Shown here one piece after another: positions 42,880 to 56,732 of a stretch of 64,000 nt of DNA (position 1 is the first letter of the stretch; each line of letters begins with the position of its first letter). A program made the position numbers and the translations under genes. This DNA comes from Psammoneis japonica (Eukaryota), in NCBI GenBank assembly GCA_008632985.1, contig QPGO01000102.1, forward strand, positions 124,001 to 188,000, given 5' to 3'. The notes under the pieces were generated by a model. That model did no database searches. It was not told the origin of the DNA and saw only the letters and a list, made by a program, of their open reading frames with translations.

Positions 42880-45032
42880 TTACGCCTGGCCTTCCTTGCG
42901 ACCGTTCATGTCCATATGACGAAAGTCGATGCATCTGGCGGAAACAGGTGTCACAGCAGTAGTCCCTCTGCTTGATTCAGGAGTATGTACTCCCTTCGTG
43001 TCTGCTACGTTTGCCATCTCCGCGGCCTCGAATCGCCCTCGTTTAACCATTCGTTCGTCGGTAGGCTTTGGATATACATTGTTTTCCGGGGTCGTGCGAA
43101 TTGATCCAACTTGACTTATGGCACTGGCAGCGGAGACGATGTCATCGTCGCACTTTCTTTTCGGCGAACGATATCTGTCTTCAGATACTGCCTTCTCCGG
43201 TGCAGCCGCCGAACCTCTCGCTTCCGGAGGCGCATTCCCACTTTCAGTTCTGCCTTTCTCTTTCGCCTGAGATGGATTTGTCAGCTCGGTCATTGCGTAC
43301 GCAGCCATTAACAACGCATTCACTTTTCCGCCCTGCTGCTTGTCTCCCGCAGATGTAGGTACACCTTCGGCTACATCTGGTGATGTATCTGTTGAGGTCA
43401 TGGATGGCACTGGCGGATATTCTTGAGCGTTCGACCGGCTTGGCTCAGGACGATGTGGTGAACCACTCTTGAGAAAAGTCTGCAACAAAACGGAAAATGT
43501 AAGGAATATTAGATTAGCCATAGGAAGTATGAATCGAGAGGCATCAGAAAGATATATAGACGTACCAAGTTTTGTGCGGCATCCACCGCTACTCCCCTGT
43601 CCTGTTCCTTACTACCGGTATAGTTTCCGTACTTGTTCTTCATCGAGTAAACATCTGCAGCAAAGGAACGAGCCACCAACGAGTGATCTGGACGAGCGCC
43701 TGGACCGAGACCACCTGGTGGCATGTTTCGGCAATCAATGCATCGGCAACTTGCACTGAAAAGATAACAACAATAACAACGTTAATGAACGCAACATAAG
43801 CATCTTGGTTCAACACGCTTCGACTCCACTTACCTGCATTTTACTCCACCATGATAGCATTCGCAGTATTTCTTGAGACATTGGCTTTTTCGACATTTGC
43901 ACCCTGACTTGTGCGCCACGACACGCCCGCTCTCCGCCGTTGCTACCTTGTCCGTAGACTTAAATTTGGTCTCGAATGCTTGCGGGTTCCGTGCCAATAT
44001 TGCACGGATAGCCTCCTTCCGCACATAAGCATGCCGTGGTGTGTTATGACAAACCAGGCAACGACAGTTGGGTCCGCACATGACAGAAGCCGCAAAGCAC
44101 TGGCAGTATAGCTTGAGGCACTTTGATTTCTTGCATGTGCAGCCTGTATTGACAACATCGTCCCTATGGTTGGATGTGATTTCGTTGGGTGACGCAGCTG
44201 TCTGCGGAGGTGGAATTCCGTCGGGAGAAGGAGCAATATCTGAGAGACGTCGGCTCCTATCGGCAGTCTCCTTCTCAGCATGACGAACACTTTCATAATG
44301 ATGGTCCACTCGGTCATCCCTTGGAATGTCCCTAGGGGGCTCTCCATATCGGTAATGCGATCCGGTCTTGAAGTCATCGCCAATCACAGATGCGTGCGAC
44401 TGGGGCGGGAGCGACTGCCTGCCAGCCGGTGGTTGAGACGGTGCATTATCTCGAACACTAGCGCCACCTTCATATGCGCCGTACCGCCCCCGAGGCTCTG
44501 CATCGTAGGGAGGAGGATAAGCGCCTTGAAATGTTGGAGATGGGCGTCTACCATGATGGTCCATCGCACCAGCTGGTGCCGGCGGTCCGTGGGAGGGCGG
44601 CGGGTATCGATGACCTTGCATTACGTCCGTGTAGGCATGGGGAGGTGGGGGGCCGTGGTTTGCATTAATCTCTACTTTCTCTTTTCCCTCAGAGTCAGGA
44701 GAGGCCCTTGGATCGTATGGCGGCGCCCCGTAGTGTCCTCTCGCAGACGAGTTCATCGTTCCAGCGGGTGCGTCGTATCGATCGACAGGACCTGGTCCAG
44801 AGACACGGTCGTCCATCCTAGGATGCTCATCTCTATATATTCGATCTGGTGGAGCTCCATATGGAGGCGGGATCGTCGCACCCGATTGTCCTCCTCCTCG
44901 CGAGTACTGCGTCCCCGCAGGGTAACCTCCATAGGGCGGCGGCGCTCCATGCATTGGAGGTGGTGGAGCACTGTAACCAGGGGGTGGCATTCGGCTATCT
45001 CGATCTGCGCTTCCGATTCGATTGCTCCTCAT
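42880..45032 (-). CDS. Tesmin/TSO1/Lin54-like CRC (double CXC) domain protein; introns at about 43833-43756 and 43563-43480
   Basis: 'CTCKKSKCLKLYCQCFA...C..C.C..C.N', linker 'RNPQAFETK', 'GCKCRKSQCLKKYCECY...C|SASCRCIDCRN'. Confidence 0.9.
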
Positions 45033-45318
45033 GGCGCTGAGAAAGGGAGAATGGTGAGTGAGACCGATTTGCACTGACATGTTCAAGAGCACAGAGGAAG
45101 AGATCCCACAATGCGATGCAAAAAGGGAATTATGAGGACATCTATCAGCGCAAAACGCGCGGCGAAAAATTCAACTTCATATTTCAAAAGTAAATGTTCA
45201 TACTCGATCATGAAGCAAGTTAACATTCACAGTATCGCAAGATAGAGGCTAATGAATTCGCAACATAATAACCAACGGAGACTACAAGGTTTAAAAAGCC
45301 TTCAGTTCCGAATAAATA

Positions 45319-45331
45319 TTTTGGCGGGAAA
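45319..45331. promoter_or_regulatory. E2F-like site TTTTGGCGGGAAA in the Lin54/ROD divergent intergenic region
   Basis: Match to the E2F consensus. Similar sites at 54373 and 61073 (reverse). Confidence 0.35.
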
Positions 45332-46051
45332 CAATACACAATATCATTCATGAATACGAAAGATTAAAGCGTTGCGTAAACAAGTATCACGGCCACCGCA
45401 TAGAAATTGCAATACTAATTCCTACGTAGAACGCACGTGGCACCAAAGCAACTGGTTCATCGCATCCGTCGCCATGGCCATGAGCGGCGGTGATCGCAGT
45501 TTCCGTTCAGCGGTCATTGACTGGTCTTCTCGTCACACAACGGCGCTTATCAACAAGGCATGATGGCTGCAACAATGATTGAATACTTACCGCGGTGATG
45601 AGGAAGCAATCGTCTTCGCCTGTGGCCTCGTCGTTCGTGCGGGGAGACGAGAGGAAGATGTGTTTCGCGGGCGAATTTTGTACGGGATCTGTCGTACAAA
45701 TTTGCGGTTTGCGAGCTACGAGATAGACTTATTGCATCGATCGTATGTAGAAACTATACTGAAAATGTCGTGACGGACAAATTTCATAATAGAAAATTCA
45801 AATTCAAACCTTGAATGCAGCAGTTTTATACCATGTTAAAAGCTGCATAAATTTAAACATGTGTACATTGTGGTACAGAGACAACGTAGAAAGCTAACTC
45901 CAACGGACAAACCGTTGAGCAATGAGAACATCAAAAATCCCACAAACAACCAACGATCAAAACCCAAAATTGCCAAATTGCGAAGACGCCGCGCAACAAA
46001 AACCACAACTCTCAACTCTCTACTGTATGAGAAGACTCTGATCCACTGGCA

Positions 46052-49000
46052 ATGTCCTCGTTGAAGGATCTGCCGCTGCCTCAGACGGGATGCGTGGATA
46101 AAGCAGGCGAAAAGGCTGGCTGGGACGAGACCTTCGCCGATGCAGCATGGACAAATTCCTCGGTCACACGGGCATCCATTTCATCTCACGCTATAGCACA
46201 CGGGTGCTATGTGCATGGTACATCCGAGGGCGACAGAAATTGGATCAATTGGAGCACATCGTTTGCGCCTCAAAGGGTGTGCCGGGTTGCATCCAACCAA
46301 GATGGCTCGGTGGTTGTTGTTTCGACGGACGGCGGTTCCGTATCACTTCTCCGTGGTAGAGACGGCAAGGTACTTGCTACGCGAAAAGTCTCGAGCGCAC
46401 AAGGTCTGCAACCTCCTGCTGAGATCAGCTTCGTCGGCATCCCAAGACACCTGAAGACTAAGGATGTTCTTACCATTCAAGTTCCACCAGAAAACGAAGA
46501 GTACGACGAAGAAAACCTAGATTCATCCGTACCACACTCCAACATCATTGTGGTTTCTTCTATTGACGGCAAGAGCCTCAATAGTGAAAAGCCTGCTGAA
46601 TCAGCTGAAGCCATACGAAACATGTCGGTACAAAAGCTGCATCTAAATCTCCCTGAATCGCAAAGCCTTCGCTCGATCAAGGGCTGCTTTACCAACTCGA
46701 GTACCATCCGCTTCATCGTGTCCGACACAAACGAAATGCTCTCGATTCACGATTACAGCACTGACAACAGAACCGTTGTTCAAGTCCAAGCCGAAATTTT
46801 TGAGACTGATGCAATTGCCGACGCATGGAAATTTGACCCAACACTCGGTTTCCGATTTCAACGATACGGAACCGACAACGCCTTCTTTCTCCTATCATAC
46901 CTCTCCACTACAAAGTCCAAGGTGTGCTGGCTAAATGTCTTCCATCTGACAGTGGCATGCGAATACGAGCTATCGCCAACGCCATGCCTTTCTCCCTCAC
47001 AAGAATCAAGACCGAGGGTACAAGCTATTGAGCCTTTGCGTAGTTGCTCGGATGAATCAGCATGTCCATCGCCGTTGCTGGAAAATGTTTTGAGGATTCC
47101 AACGACTACACCATTCGAGTCATTCAAACTATGGTGGATGACACACTAGGACTTACGGTCCTTTCCAAGCCCGACGTTTTATATACAATGCCTCAGCTAT
47201 CAACTACAGATGCATGTGAGGTAGAGTCGGTTTCTCTTGCAACATTGGATCGTGACAGGGCCGGTCCTTATTCCTTTCGATTCAAAGTCTGCACTGGCTC
47301 TGATGCAAGTGTATACAAGGAATTTATTTCTCGAAGTTCGCAAGACGACGGCCACACTGCTGGGAGGTTCCGTTTGCTTCTTTCGAAGGGGATGTATGAC
47401 GATGCCGACCAGCTGTTGACGAGCAGTGCGGGCCAATACATTGTTTCTAATGATCCATTTGCAATGGTTCATTTCTCAGAAGTTGCTTTGCAAAGGCTAG
47501 AAGCACTTCTTGTCGACACCTCTATATCTTCCATGGATCTTGTGGAAAGTGTCCAAAACTGCCTGAGGAGGTTGTCTGCCGGTGCGGTTTCCGGAAACGA
47601 CGTTGGACTACATTCTTTCTTCCGTGCATTGGACTTCGTGACCTCGTGGCCCTCACGAGGGAATGTCGACGCCCATCCGACATTTGAGGTACTTGGTAAT
47701 GCCTTGTCAAGCTTGATTGATATGTCTTCAACGGTTCAAGAAGCCATATCTATTCACAAAGAAGAAATCGAAAAATGGAAGAAAGATCTGACAGGGCAAC
47801 TGGATGCTCTGAAATGTTTGCAAGAAATTGCCGGAATCTCGGGAAAGGAGAAAATATCCGAGCCATTTCTCTCAATCAAATCATGTAACGATCTCTTCAT
47901 GATACTAATCACAGAAGGGCTTTTCCCCACAGCCGAGCGGATGGCTAGATCAGAGTGGGGGCGGGACATCTCTACAGAAACTATGGTGTCGTCAATTGTG
48001 CGGGTACTGCCAACAGTCGACCCAAGGGAGTACGCCAGTCTTCTAGAAGGTACTGTGATTCCGAGCCTTTCCGTTACTCACGATGGGCTTCAACCGATAC
48101 AGAGCTGGGCATGTCGCACCGCGGAGGCGTTTGACGCCGATTCATCGAACGAGCAAGACTTAGATTCCTCAATATTCTTGCTGCTGGTAAGACCATGTTT
48201 GCAACTTCCATGCTTATGTTTCTTTGGTCGACCGTGTCGTCTAAGTCTTTCCTTTTATCCCTCTATTCTCAGACGACGTTGAACGCTATCAAAAGGTTGA
48301 ACGTAAGAGTCCATGAATCGTTTTCCTCAGCTACGCCATTCACTGAGCCGAGAGTACGCTCGAGAGTTTCGCCTACAAACGCATTATCTACCTCTTCGTC
48401 TCAAGATCTTAGCTTCTCTTCCACAAGATCTACAAACAGCTTTAATCAATCGGTGTCGTCGAGCACACTATCTGCACTCACCAACGAACGTCCAAGTCCG
48501 ACAATACTAGAACTTGGTCGAATGAAAGGAGGAGCTCAGAAGAACTTTCTACGTGGATTGATCAGAAACGATACTGGCACACCTTTCCGCGATGTAGACG
48601 ATGATGGTGATGATTGTGTGGAGGTTGCTCTTAGACGGGCGACGCTGCTGAAAGAATCAAGGTCACTTGGTGTGTTAAAACAATCGATGAATCTCCGTAA
48701 CTACGTGAGCCTTGGCGGGGAACGATATCTTGCAACAGAGCTCATCAAGATATTTTCTAGCACCGCCGTTGATCATGACAATCGCTCCGCTAGGCTTACA
48801 GGTCAACTGCGTTCTTTTTGTGAGCACGCTCTTGTTAACTGTGACGATATCCTTATCGGATACGCCACGCACTTATGCAAAGGCAAACCGACGAGCGAAG
48901 AATCGATTGTTGAGGCGGCATCAATTGCGCGATGTTGCCACCGGTCTCTAACGAAGTGCCAGATTGCTCTTGCAGTATTTCACGCAGCGAACTTCTATGG

Positions 49001-52000
49001 CAAATCTATTTCCTCGGTTACGCAACTTTCAAAAGATTCTCTTGACTGGGCGCCCGAGGGATCGCATATCCGCTCCGAACTGGAAGAGGCGATACGATTG
49101 CAGTCAATAGGCGAAATCATTTATCGATATTGTGGCTTCGGAGCTAGAACGCTTTTTCGAGTTGATCACATTCCCCATGCCGTCAAGTTATTGGATTTGG
49201 TTTGCCGGCATATCCTATACCCATCGGTTCTGGCTGATGCCTTCAGCCTCTGTGACGCATTTTCCCACTTGTCAAGGGAGAAGGCGTGTCTTCTTTTACT
49301 GCAGCGCGCAATCACGTCCAACAGTATCGAAAGATGCGGAGAGCTCCTGAATGAACTCTACGTGGAGGACGAGAAACTGGCAAGACGTATGTGTCATAAG
49401 ACAATTGCATTTTGTTCAGAGACGATCCGAGAATGCTCTGAGGGGATAAGCTTGCAAGAACCATGTATCTTGGATTCCATGAAGAAAAATCAAGCAATGA
49501 CAGCATGTAGAGCAGCGTTAGTCATTCTTGAGGTCGCCCATTCTCAAGAGGGCAGTCTTCAGTCGTCAGTATGGGTGAAACGACGAAAAGAATTTGTCAC
49601 GCTTTCAAAGCTTCAGAAGAATCATTCGTTATTTTTGTCAGTGTCGGATCTCCGCTCAGAGAACAAGTCAATCGAAGCTGCAATGCGCTTGATGGAACCG
49701 ATTCTTGAATCCGACAGTGGTGATATGCAAGTCATGCTTTCAAAAGCCAAAAAAGGCTGCTCGTTGATCTTTGGAACTGATCAACTTGGCACTTCCCAGA
49801 GCTGGTGTGTAGCTGTTAGAGATGTCGTCTGCGAGCTTGCAAACTACCCAGACGCTGAAAGGTGTCTCGATTTTCTGGAAGCGACGGGAATGTTGGACGA
49901 AGCGAACAGTGATCCAGTCTTCCAAGTTATCTTCTCATGTGCACTTGGACTGTGTGTCAAGGCTTCCCGAAGCGTCACGAACGAATGCACAGTCGGGAAG
50001 ACCAATTTGACAACAATGAAGCATTTGGTAATGGCATCATCTTTGCTACAAGACTACACTTTAGCTACTTGTCCCCGAGACGGGCTACCAGCCTCTGTTC
50101 TCGCGGGAACGTTGGTGGATACAGTGGTGCATATCTTGGTAAGAGCGGATGAAGGAACAGGTGAAGCTCTAAGTGTTTTCAGAATCAACCTAAACAAAGA
50201 GGCGCGGTCACGACGAGAGCCTTGCGCTACTTCAATCGGAAGTCCAAACTGCAACGTTAAACCGACAGGCCAGAGGCCCTTGCATCCTTCGTGGTATGTT
50301 GGTGACGGGTTACTCCTTCCTCCGATGGAAGCTCTCTCCCTAGGTGTTTCGTATTGCAAGGAACTCATCAATTCTATGATAGTTCTCGAAGAGAACCAGT
50401 CAAGACTGACTTTCCTACTTAGTGAAATGGTGGACCTTCACAAGTTTCTTGGTATGAGAGGAGCGCACTCTGTCGGTCTACGAATGCTGTGCAGCTCCAC
50501 GGCTTTTGCGATGTCGTCCACCGCCCATCCACTCTGCTTGGAAGAGGAGATGGTCAATCAGTCATTGATAGCTTTGCAAGACAACCTTATAGATCTGGCT
50601 GAACGCAGTCTCGGTGGGTCGGGAAACGGGATCACAAGTCAAACGATCGATTCTCAGCTTTCTGCAGCTTTCCTACTATCACTTCCAATTAAGCAAGCAT
50701 TCAAAGTGAGTAGTGGCTGGTATGAAAGAAAATTTTCACGTCACGTCTGTAGCTCATCATCCTCCTTTTTCTTTTCAGGTGTATATGGCTACTCTTCCCA
50801 CCGCAATCACGAGACGCGATTTCTCCCGGGTTATAACATTATCAAACATTGGTGTGCATGCGTGTGAGAGCGACCACGCATCAAAACACTGGAAGAAGCA
50901 AGAGAAATTTGCAACACAGTGCCGGGAGCTCGCAACTAAAGGGCACTGGTGGAGAATCTTGCAGAAATTCAATGTCGACTTCGATCCGCGCAAGTTTGAA
51001 AGCAAAGCGGCTCCAGGTCGAAGTACCACCGAAGGCATCAAATCAGGCGCTGGCGAACTACGAAGCAAGGAGTACCTGTACGTTTCGTCTCTGCTTGGGC
51101 CTTTGATTAAGAAGTCTTCCAAATCCCTGGCGGCAAGCGAAGCTAGAGATCTCGCAACAAAGCTTGCAATTGCATTTAGTATTGATGGTCAGTTGGCTAC
51201 CCAGAAGCACATTGAGTATCTCCTATCTTTGTCTCCGGATTGCTGTCGCAGCGATGTTTTCATTGGGGCCAGTTCGTGTCGCGCCGATAGTGCTGGGCAT
51301 ACTTCATACGACCGTTCAGTGAGGCTCTCGCTTGGTCTTCTGCAGTCTGACATGGATCGAACCCACGTACTGCGCAAATGCGTGATTTCCTTGGAAAAAA
51401 ATGACCACCATTCCACAGACTACGAACGCCATGCATATGTTTTGGCACTTTATCGACAGACACTTCATTCTATGATTGAAAAAGATGGACAAATGAAAAA
51501 GTCACAAAGGACTGCCTTGAAAGAGGAGCTGGCACTCATAGATCGCCGTTACGATGCGCTTGACGCCCTCAGTTCGTTCTTTCAAGGAAGTCAAAAACGC
51601 CATCGGCCAGCCTACCCGAAATTCTTCACGCCACTTTCTGATCCGTTTGACGTCAATATGGTTCGTAAAGAGAGGACAGTTTGTGGTGTACTTGGAATGG
51701 AAGAAGGAAAAGGTGATGCGTTTGATCCCTTGTACCCACTTTGCAAGTATCTTTCAAAACACCCGGGCCAGGTGATAGCAGCAACTTTAGACTCTCTTTG
51801 CTTCGCGCTGGAAATTCCTAAAGGATTCATACATGCCAGGGCCTTGATTGAGAGGTTTCGATATGCAAAGCTGAAGAGCTTTGCGCTACCTCCAGTTGAT
51901 GGTGATGTACTCAACGTGATTTCAAAGCTACCGTCAGCGTCGGACAAGAGTAAGGTTCTGGAATGGTGTGCGATCCAGTACACTGATAATGATGCGAAGC

Positions 52001-53922
52001 TGAAGTGCCTAGAGAACGCCCTCGACTACGCTGTAAAAGCTTCGAGGGACCTCGAGCATCGACAACGGTCTGCTCACGAGGAGCAAGCTGCTCTTGAAAG
52101 CGTTAAGCGCATTGATCAGAACAAGTCGGCCTTAGAGGACCAGCTCCTTGTAAGCAACGCTTTTCGTTCGAATTCGCAGGCAGACGACTTGGCAACCAAG
52201 AGTATCATTGATCGCCTGGTTGCTTCTCTCGCTACCCAATTTCAAAAAATGCCATCTCCTGAGTCAATCGTTGAGTTCATCTTATCTGAATCATCGTTTC
52301 TGGTAGCGACCGCAACGTTGGAGGAAAGCGAGGCCCTATCGATCAGTCGCATTCGCGGGATTGCGTCGCTGGTGCACTCTGGATGCAAAGCTCTTGCTGA
52401 TAAGCATTCACATGTACATGCCGGACTGATTTCTAGACAGCTGGCAAGACGGTGGCTCATTCACGGCGACGCTACAGCAAATCATGGTGATGCGGATCAG
52501 AAGAGAAAGTCGCAGCCCGAGGAGCCAACACAGCCTTTGAAGTCTAATCATTTATCACTCTCGGTCGAAGATGACGATACAGTACATTTCGTCTTGGATC
52601 TAAACAATCTTGGTGATTCGGAGCAGGTTTGGTCCGATGATGTGGGGTCAAATAATAATAGTGACGTCCACAACCAGGTTACGTCAGAAGAGGAGACGTC
52701 GCCATTGAAGTTGGATGGATCGGGAAGGGAAGCTTCAGAGAATGCATGTAGACGAGTTTCGCTTCGGATCGCCTTTGTCCTATCTTTCGCCGAACAAATG
52801 CATCGTGCGTCAGAAAGACTGGACGACGAGTGTTTTGAAAAAGAAAACCAAGGAGTAAACTCAAAGAGTGAAAAGCCATCACAAACAAAGAGTCGTCGGA
52901 ACGCACTACTCTCCCGTATTTCTACAACATCTGTATCTCAGCAGAGCATCATCGTCATGGAGCACGCACGTGAGCTTCTCGGTGTCGTGTTTGCCAAGTC
53001 TGGTGGGACGCAGCACGCGTTGTTTTTATCCACCGCAGACCAAAATACAGCTGCGGATAGCAAACCTATCACTTTCGCAATGCGCCACCGAGCGCTGCGT
53101 ACGGCGGCTCTTCTATGCCCTCAAGAAGCATTGGATCGTGTGATAAGAGAAGAATGCTACTTGCAAATGAGTAGCAAGAGCGAATCAGAATGCACACTGA
53201 AGCAATGCTCCTTTGGATCCTTCGTGGCGAAAGAGATAGAGGAAATGGGCTTACCACTACCGCACTCTGACCTCGTGGCCTTGAGTACGATGCACTTCCC
53301 ATCCTACGCAGGAGCACTATGGCGACACCATCGGTCGGCTGACTGCAACGGAAACAGAGGCAGGCTATTTCTGCTACTCCTCGAAATGAGCATGAAGGAC
53401 CGAGTGGTAAACGACAAATCGCTGGTGGTTTCAATTCTGAAAGAAATGTCCGAAATGAAAATACCGAGATCCTTTGTGCTTGGCTGCGAAAGTATTATCC
53501 GTTTCAAAGATCGTGCCTCAAAGCGAGAGTATCGGCTATTGTACGATGAAATACATCCGGTGCTTTCTGCCGGTCTCACAGCTGTTGGAAAACTTACAAT
53601 GGTAGAGCTCCAACAAATTCTTTCAGCCAAGCCTTTCAACGCCTCCGAAGGACTGAAAGCCCTTCCTACGCTTCGTCGACTTGGTTTCCTTGTTGAGAAG
53701 CTTGGACATGACCAAGAGTATGCTGAGAAGTTTGTTTGTATCATTCTCAGTATTCTCCAACAAGTTTCCGAGAGCCGCCTTGCAGAAGGTTTGGCGTCCA
53801 TAGCTCTTCGCGCAATATGCACATTCGATGACCAAGAGCAACGAGAAGGTCTGCTTGTAAAGCTTGCTGGTTCAGAAAGTGGCAAAGAAGTAATACGCCA
53901 GAGACTTCCTTTAGACATCTAG
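46052..53922 (+). CDS. KNTC1: Rough deal / KNTC1-like kinetochore (RZZ) protein; introns at about 48187-48273 and 50706-50778; one frame break near 47060
   Basis: About 2500 aa with a beta-propeller-like N-terminus and helical body. C-terminal Rod_C-like 'RHRALRTAALLCPQEAL...EIEEMGLP...ALWRHH...LLLLEMSM...D..L...IL'. Confidence 0.65.
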
Positions 53923-54994
53923 ATATCTCTCTCTTGAGAGTATCACTCAGTTTATGGTCTTGATACTCGTTTTTCATTGACCTCTCGCGTTGCCCATGAA
54001 CTATGCGAGGACATCAACATTGAAGAACAAATTTCAGCAATAGGGACGCTTGTAGTACGTGTAATATAGTGACTGATTTGAGAATAGTGTTGTACCAAAA
54101 CCTGCCAGTCGCATTTCTGGGAATTCATCTAGGTACGGTAGTTCCACTTGTGCAGGAGAAGGCGACGAAAAACACTTGAGATGTACTCGTAGACTATTTG
54201 GGATATCGGTAGTACCAGAGACCAGTGCATTTTCGAATGCAGTAATTACACATTAATGTGTAATACAGAAGTCGGTTATTGCGTTGAAGAGTATCGATGC
54301 TCTTCCTCAAGCAGGCACTGGTAGCACTACCGGCATCTCAACCTCTTCCTTCTCTTCTCATTTTTTGTTTTCTTTTGGCGGGAAGGACGCGGCAATGCCA
54401 AAGTTGCGCGAGTTGCGCGCGCGCTCGAGAAAGAGTGACAAAATCCATCAACCTTTTGTCTCTGCAAGGTGTTGAATCGGCAAAACAGTTTCGGATGCGG
54501 TAAAGATTCAACATTCTCAATACGAAGTTCGGTAATGGCGCTGAAGCGAATGAGCGCTCTTGCTCAAATAAATAGGTTTGTGTCATTCATGTTTTGGGCG
54601 TTGAGTTTGGGTCTGTTTTGGGTCTGTTTTGGGCGGGAATCCGATGCGCGCGCGAAACGATTCCAGAGATGCCAGCAAAGATCAACGATGTGCGGGAGTC
54701 GTCGTCCAAGTTGAAGTTGCAAAAAAGTGATGTCACAAATCTCCACGTAGAATGAATACCAGATGCTACGGCAATGGCGACTGACGACTTTTCGGAAGGA
54801 AGAAAAGAGAGAAAAAGTACGTGGCGGTTGATGTTCAGGACCTTGTTTGAGCTGTCGTTGTCGGAAGCAATCCCTCGAAGACCAAGGAAAGAAAACGAGT
54901 TGCTGCCCTAAAAATCGCCTTAGTTTTGTGTGCTCGCCGTGCGGCCTGCTGTTAATTCATTGAGATTTGAACAAGAGGAACAACATTATTTAGC

Positions 54995-56314
54995 ATGCAA
55001 AGAAAAACGAGGGTCCACTCCTGGACGGCATGTCTGTTGCTTCTGTCATCTTCATCGCCGAACCACCCCCTTCAAAGGGTTTCTGCTTTTGTAGGACCAT
55101 CGATGCCAATCCATGCGTCGACCAGAAGAAGACCACGAGTAAATGAAATTTGTATGACTAGCTACCATGCTAAAAGCAAAAAGGAAGAAGAGCAAGGGTT
55201 TTCGTCATCCACAGACAACAAATTTTCCAACCCGCTGCAATTCCTCTTTGAAAAAGAAGAGGGGAGCGACGAAGTAAAACTGATTGAAGCATTTCGCGGT
55301 GCCTTTGCAAAGTTAGCAAGGTTGAGCTTGGAAGATTACAAGTGGCGATCTTCGGTCTTCAAGTCGAACGAAGCCGACCGCAGAATGGAAGAAAGTGTAG
55401 CTCGAATGATGGGAGAAGAGCCATCGTATGTTCGACCCATGGATGCAGCAGAAGAAAAGATGGGTCCCCTGGGTAGAGCGGAAAAGAATGCAGTATCGTG
55501 GCTCAGCAAGGTTATTGAAGAGGAAGGGCGGCGGGCGGAACGGATTGCCAGTTCTGAAGGAGCTTTAGTTCGACCTATTGATCTTGCAATCGGCGAGGAT
55601 AATACCGGTACCGAGATGGGACCGTTGGCATTTTTAGAGAAACAGGCTGTTGATTTTCTCAATCGGATTCGTGATTCTGAAAAAGAGCGAGTGGAAACGG
55701 GAACCTTGCGTCCGAAGGATTTGGATGAATCGAAACGTGGTCCCCTGGGCGAAGCCGAGGCCAAGGCGGTTTCTGCATTCAGTGAAATCAGGCAATCGGA
55801 AAAGCTGCGAGTGGAACAATCGAAGCAAAGGGGTGGACAGGTCGTCCGTCCTATTGATGTCCCGGGCCCCTTGGGTGAATTGGAAAGGAAGATTCTGGAA
55901 ATATTCGACGCCGAACGCGAACGGAGAAAAGATCGAGTGCGCAACGAAGGACGATTAGTTCGGCCCAAGGATGCAACTATCAAGGGACCATTGGGTGCCG
56001 CAGAAAAGCAGGCCATGAAGGCTGTGGAACAACTGCAAGAAGAAGAACGTGAAAGACTGCGCAATATCCAACGTGTCATGGAAGAAAACCGACCCATGGA
56101 ACTTGATCGCTTGTCTCCCTTGGGTATCCTCGAAGCCATAATTGTCGGTGTTTTGCGTGCTCCTCAAATGCTAATCAGCGTCTTTGAGCGAGTACAGGAA
56201 CTAATGTCAAGTGAACCGCTCAATGCTCAGGACGAAGACGTACTGAAGAAAGAGGACGAGGAACAATTCAGACTACGCCTACCTGATACGGATTCGTTGG
56301 GACCCTTCCAATAG
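54995..56314 (+). CDS. Hypothetical plastid-targeted repeat protein
   Basis: Signal peptide with 'SAF' cleavage motif. About five repeats of 'VRP.D....GPLG.AE..A...L..I...E..R'. Confidence 0.85.
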   Translation: MQRKTRVHSWTACLLLLSSSSPNHPLQRVSAFVGPSMPIHASTRRRPRVNEICMTSYHAKSKKEEEQGFSSSTDNKFSNPLQFLFEKEEGSDEVKLIEAFRGAFAKLARLSLEDYKWRSSVFKSNEADRRMEESVARMMGEEPSYVRPMDAAEEKMGPLGRAEKNAVSWLSKVIEEEGRRAERIASSEGALVRPIDLAIGEDNTGTEMGPLAFLEKQAVDFLNRIRDSEKERVETGTLRPKDLDESKRGPLGEAEAKAVSAFSEIRQSEKLRVEQSKQRGGQVVRPIDVPGPLGELERKILEIFDAERERRKDRVRNEGRLVRPKDATIKGPLGAAEKQAMKAVEQLQEEERERLRNIQRVMEENRPMELDRLSPLGILEAIIVGVLRAPQMLISVFERVQELMSSEPLNAQDEDVLKKEDEEQFRLRLPDTDSLGPFQ

Positions 56315-56435
56315 ATAGCCCTACCACTACTTTCTTAAATTTTCTAGAGCCTTCCATATTGTACAGTTTATATAATAGATATACACAAATAGCGATGAGT
56401 TGCCGTTGAGGCAAAACAGAAATCGGTGTAGATGA

Positions 56436-56605
56436 ATCCAATCTTGGATGCAGAAATGGCAAACTTAGAGTGATCGTCGATACAAGTACAAAGAAAGTCA
56501 CGTTTGTTCTCAACATGAGCCGCCAGAGTCCTTCACGGTTTGGAGCACCAATAATGCGCTCCCTTTTTATCTATTTGGACGTTTCAAAAAGACATTTCCC
56601 AGACT
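56436..56605 (-). pseudogene. Partial tandem duplicate of the 3' end of the AIM6-like gene
   Basis: ccaatcttggatgca.aa.tggcaaactt.gagtgatcgtcgatac...ttctcaacatgag.cgcca...ttcacggtt.ggagcacc at 56439 versus 56746. Confidence 0.8.
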
Positions 56606-56732
56606 AGCGCTGCACACAATTAGAGTTTTCTACAGTCTCCCATAGTGTATAGTGTGAATAGATGATGTACGTAGAGTTTATAAGGACAAAAGAAATCTAT
56701 GTAGATAGTGCATTGATTAATAAAATGAATGG

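Noticed and set aside
54245..54264. Perfect 20-bp palindrome attacacattaatgtgtaat
   Set aside because: Single, AT-rich and intergenic, with no supporting context.
55336..56139. Long antisense ORFs (also 22599-23369, 44280-45077 and 53304-53918)
   Set aside because: Shadows of real genes on the opposite strand.
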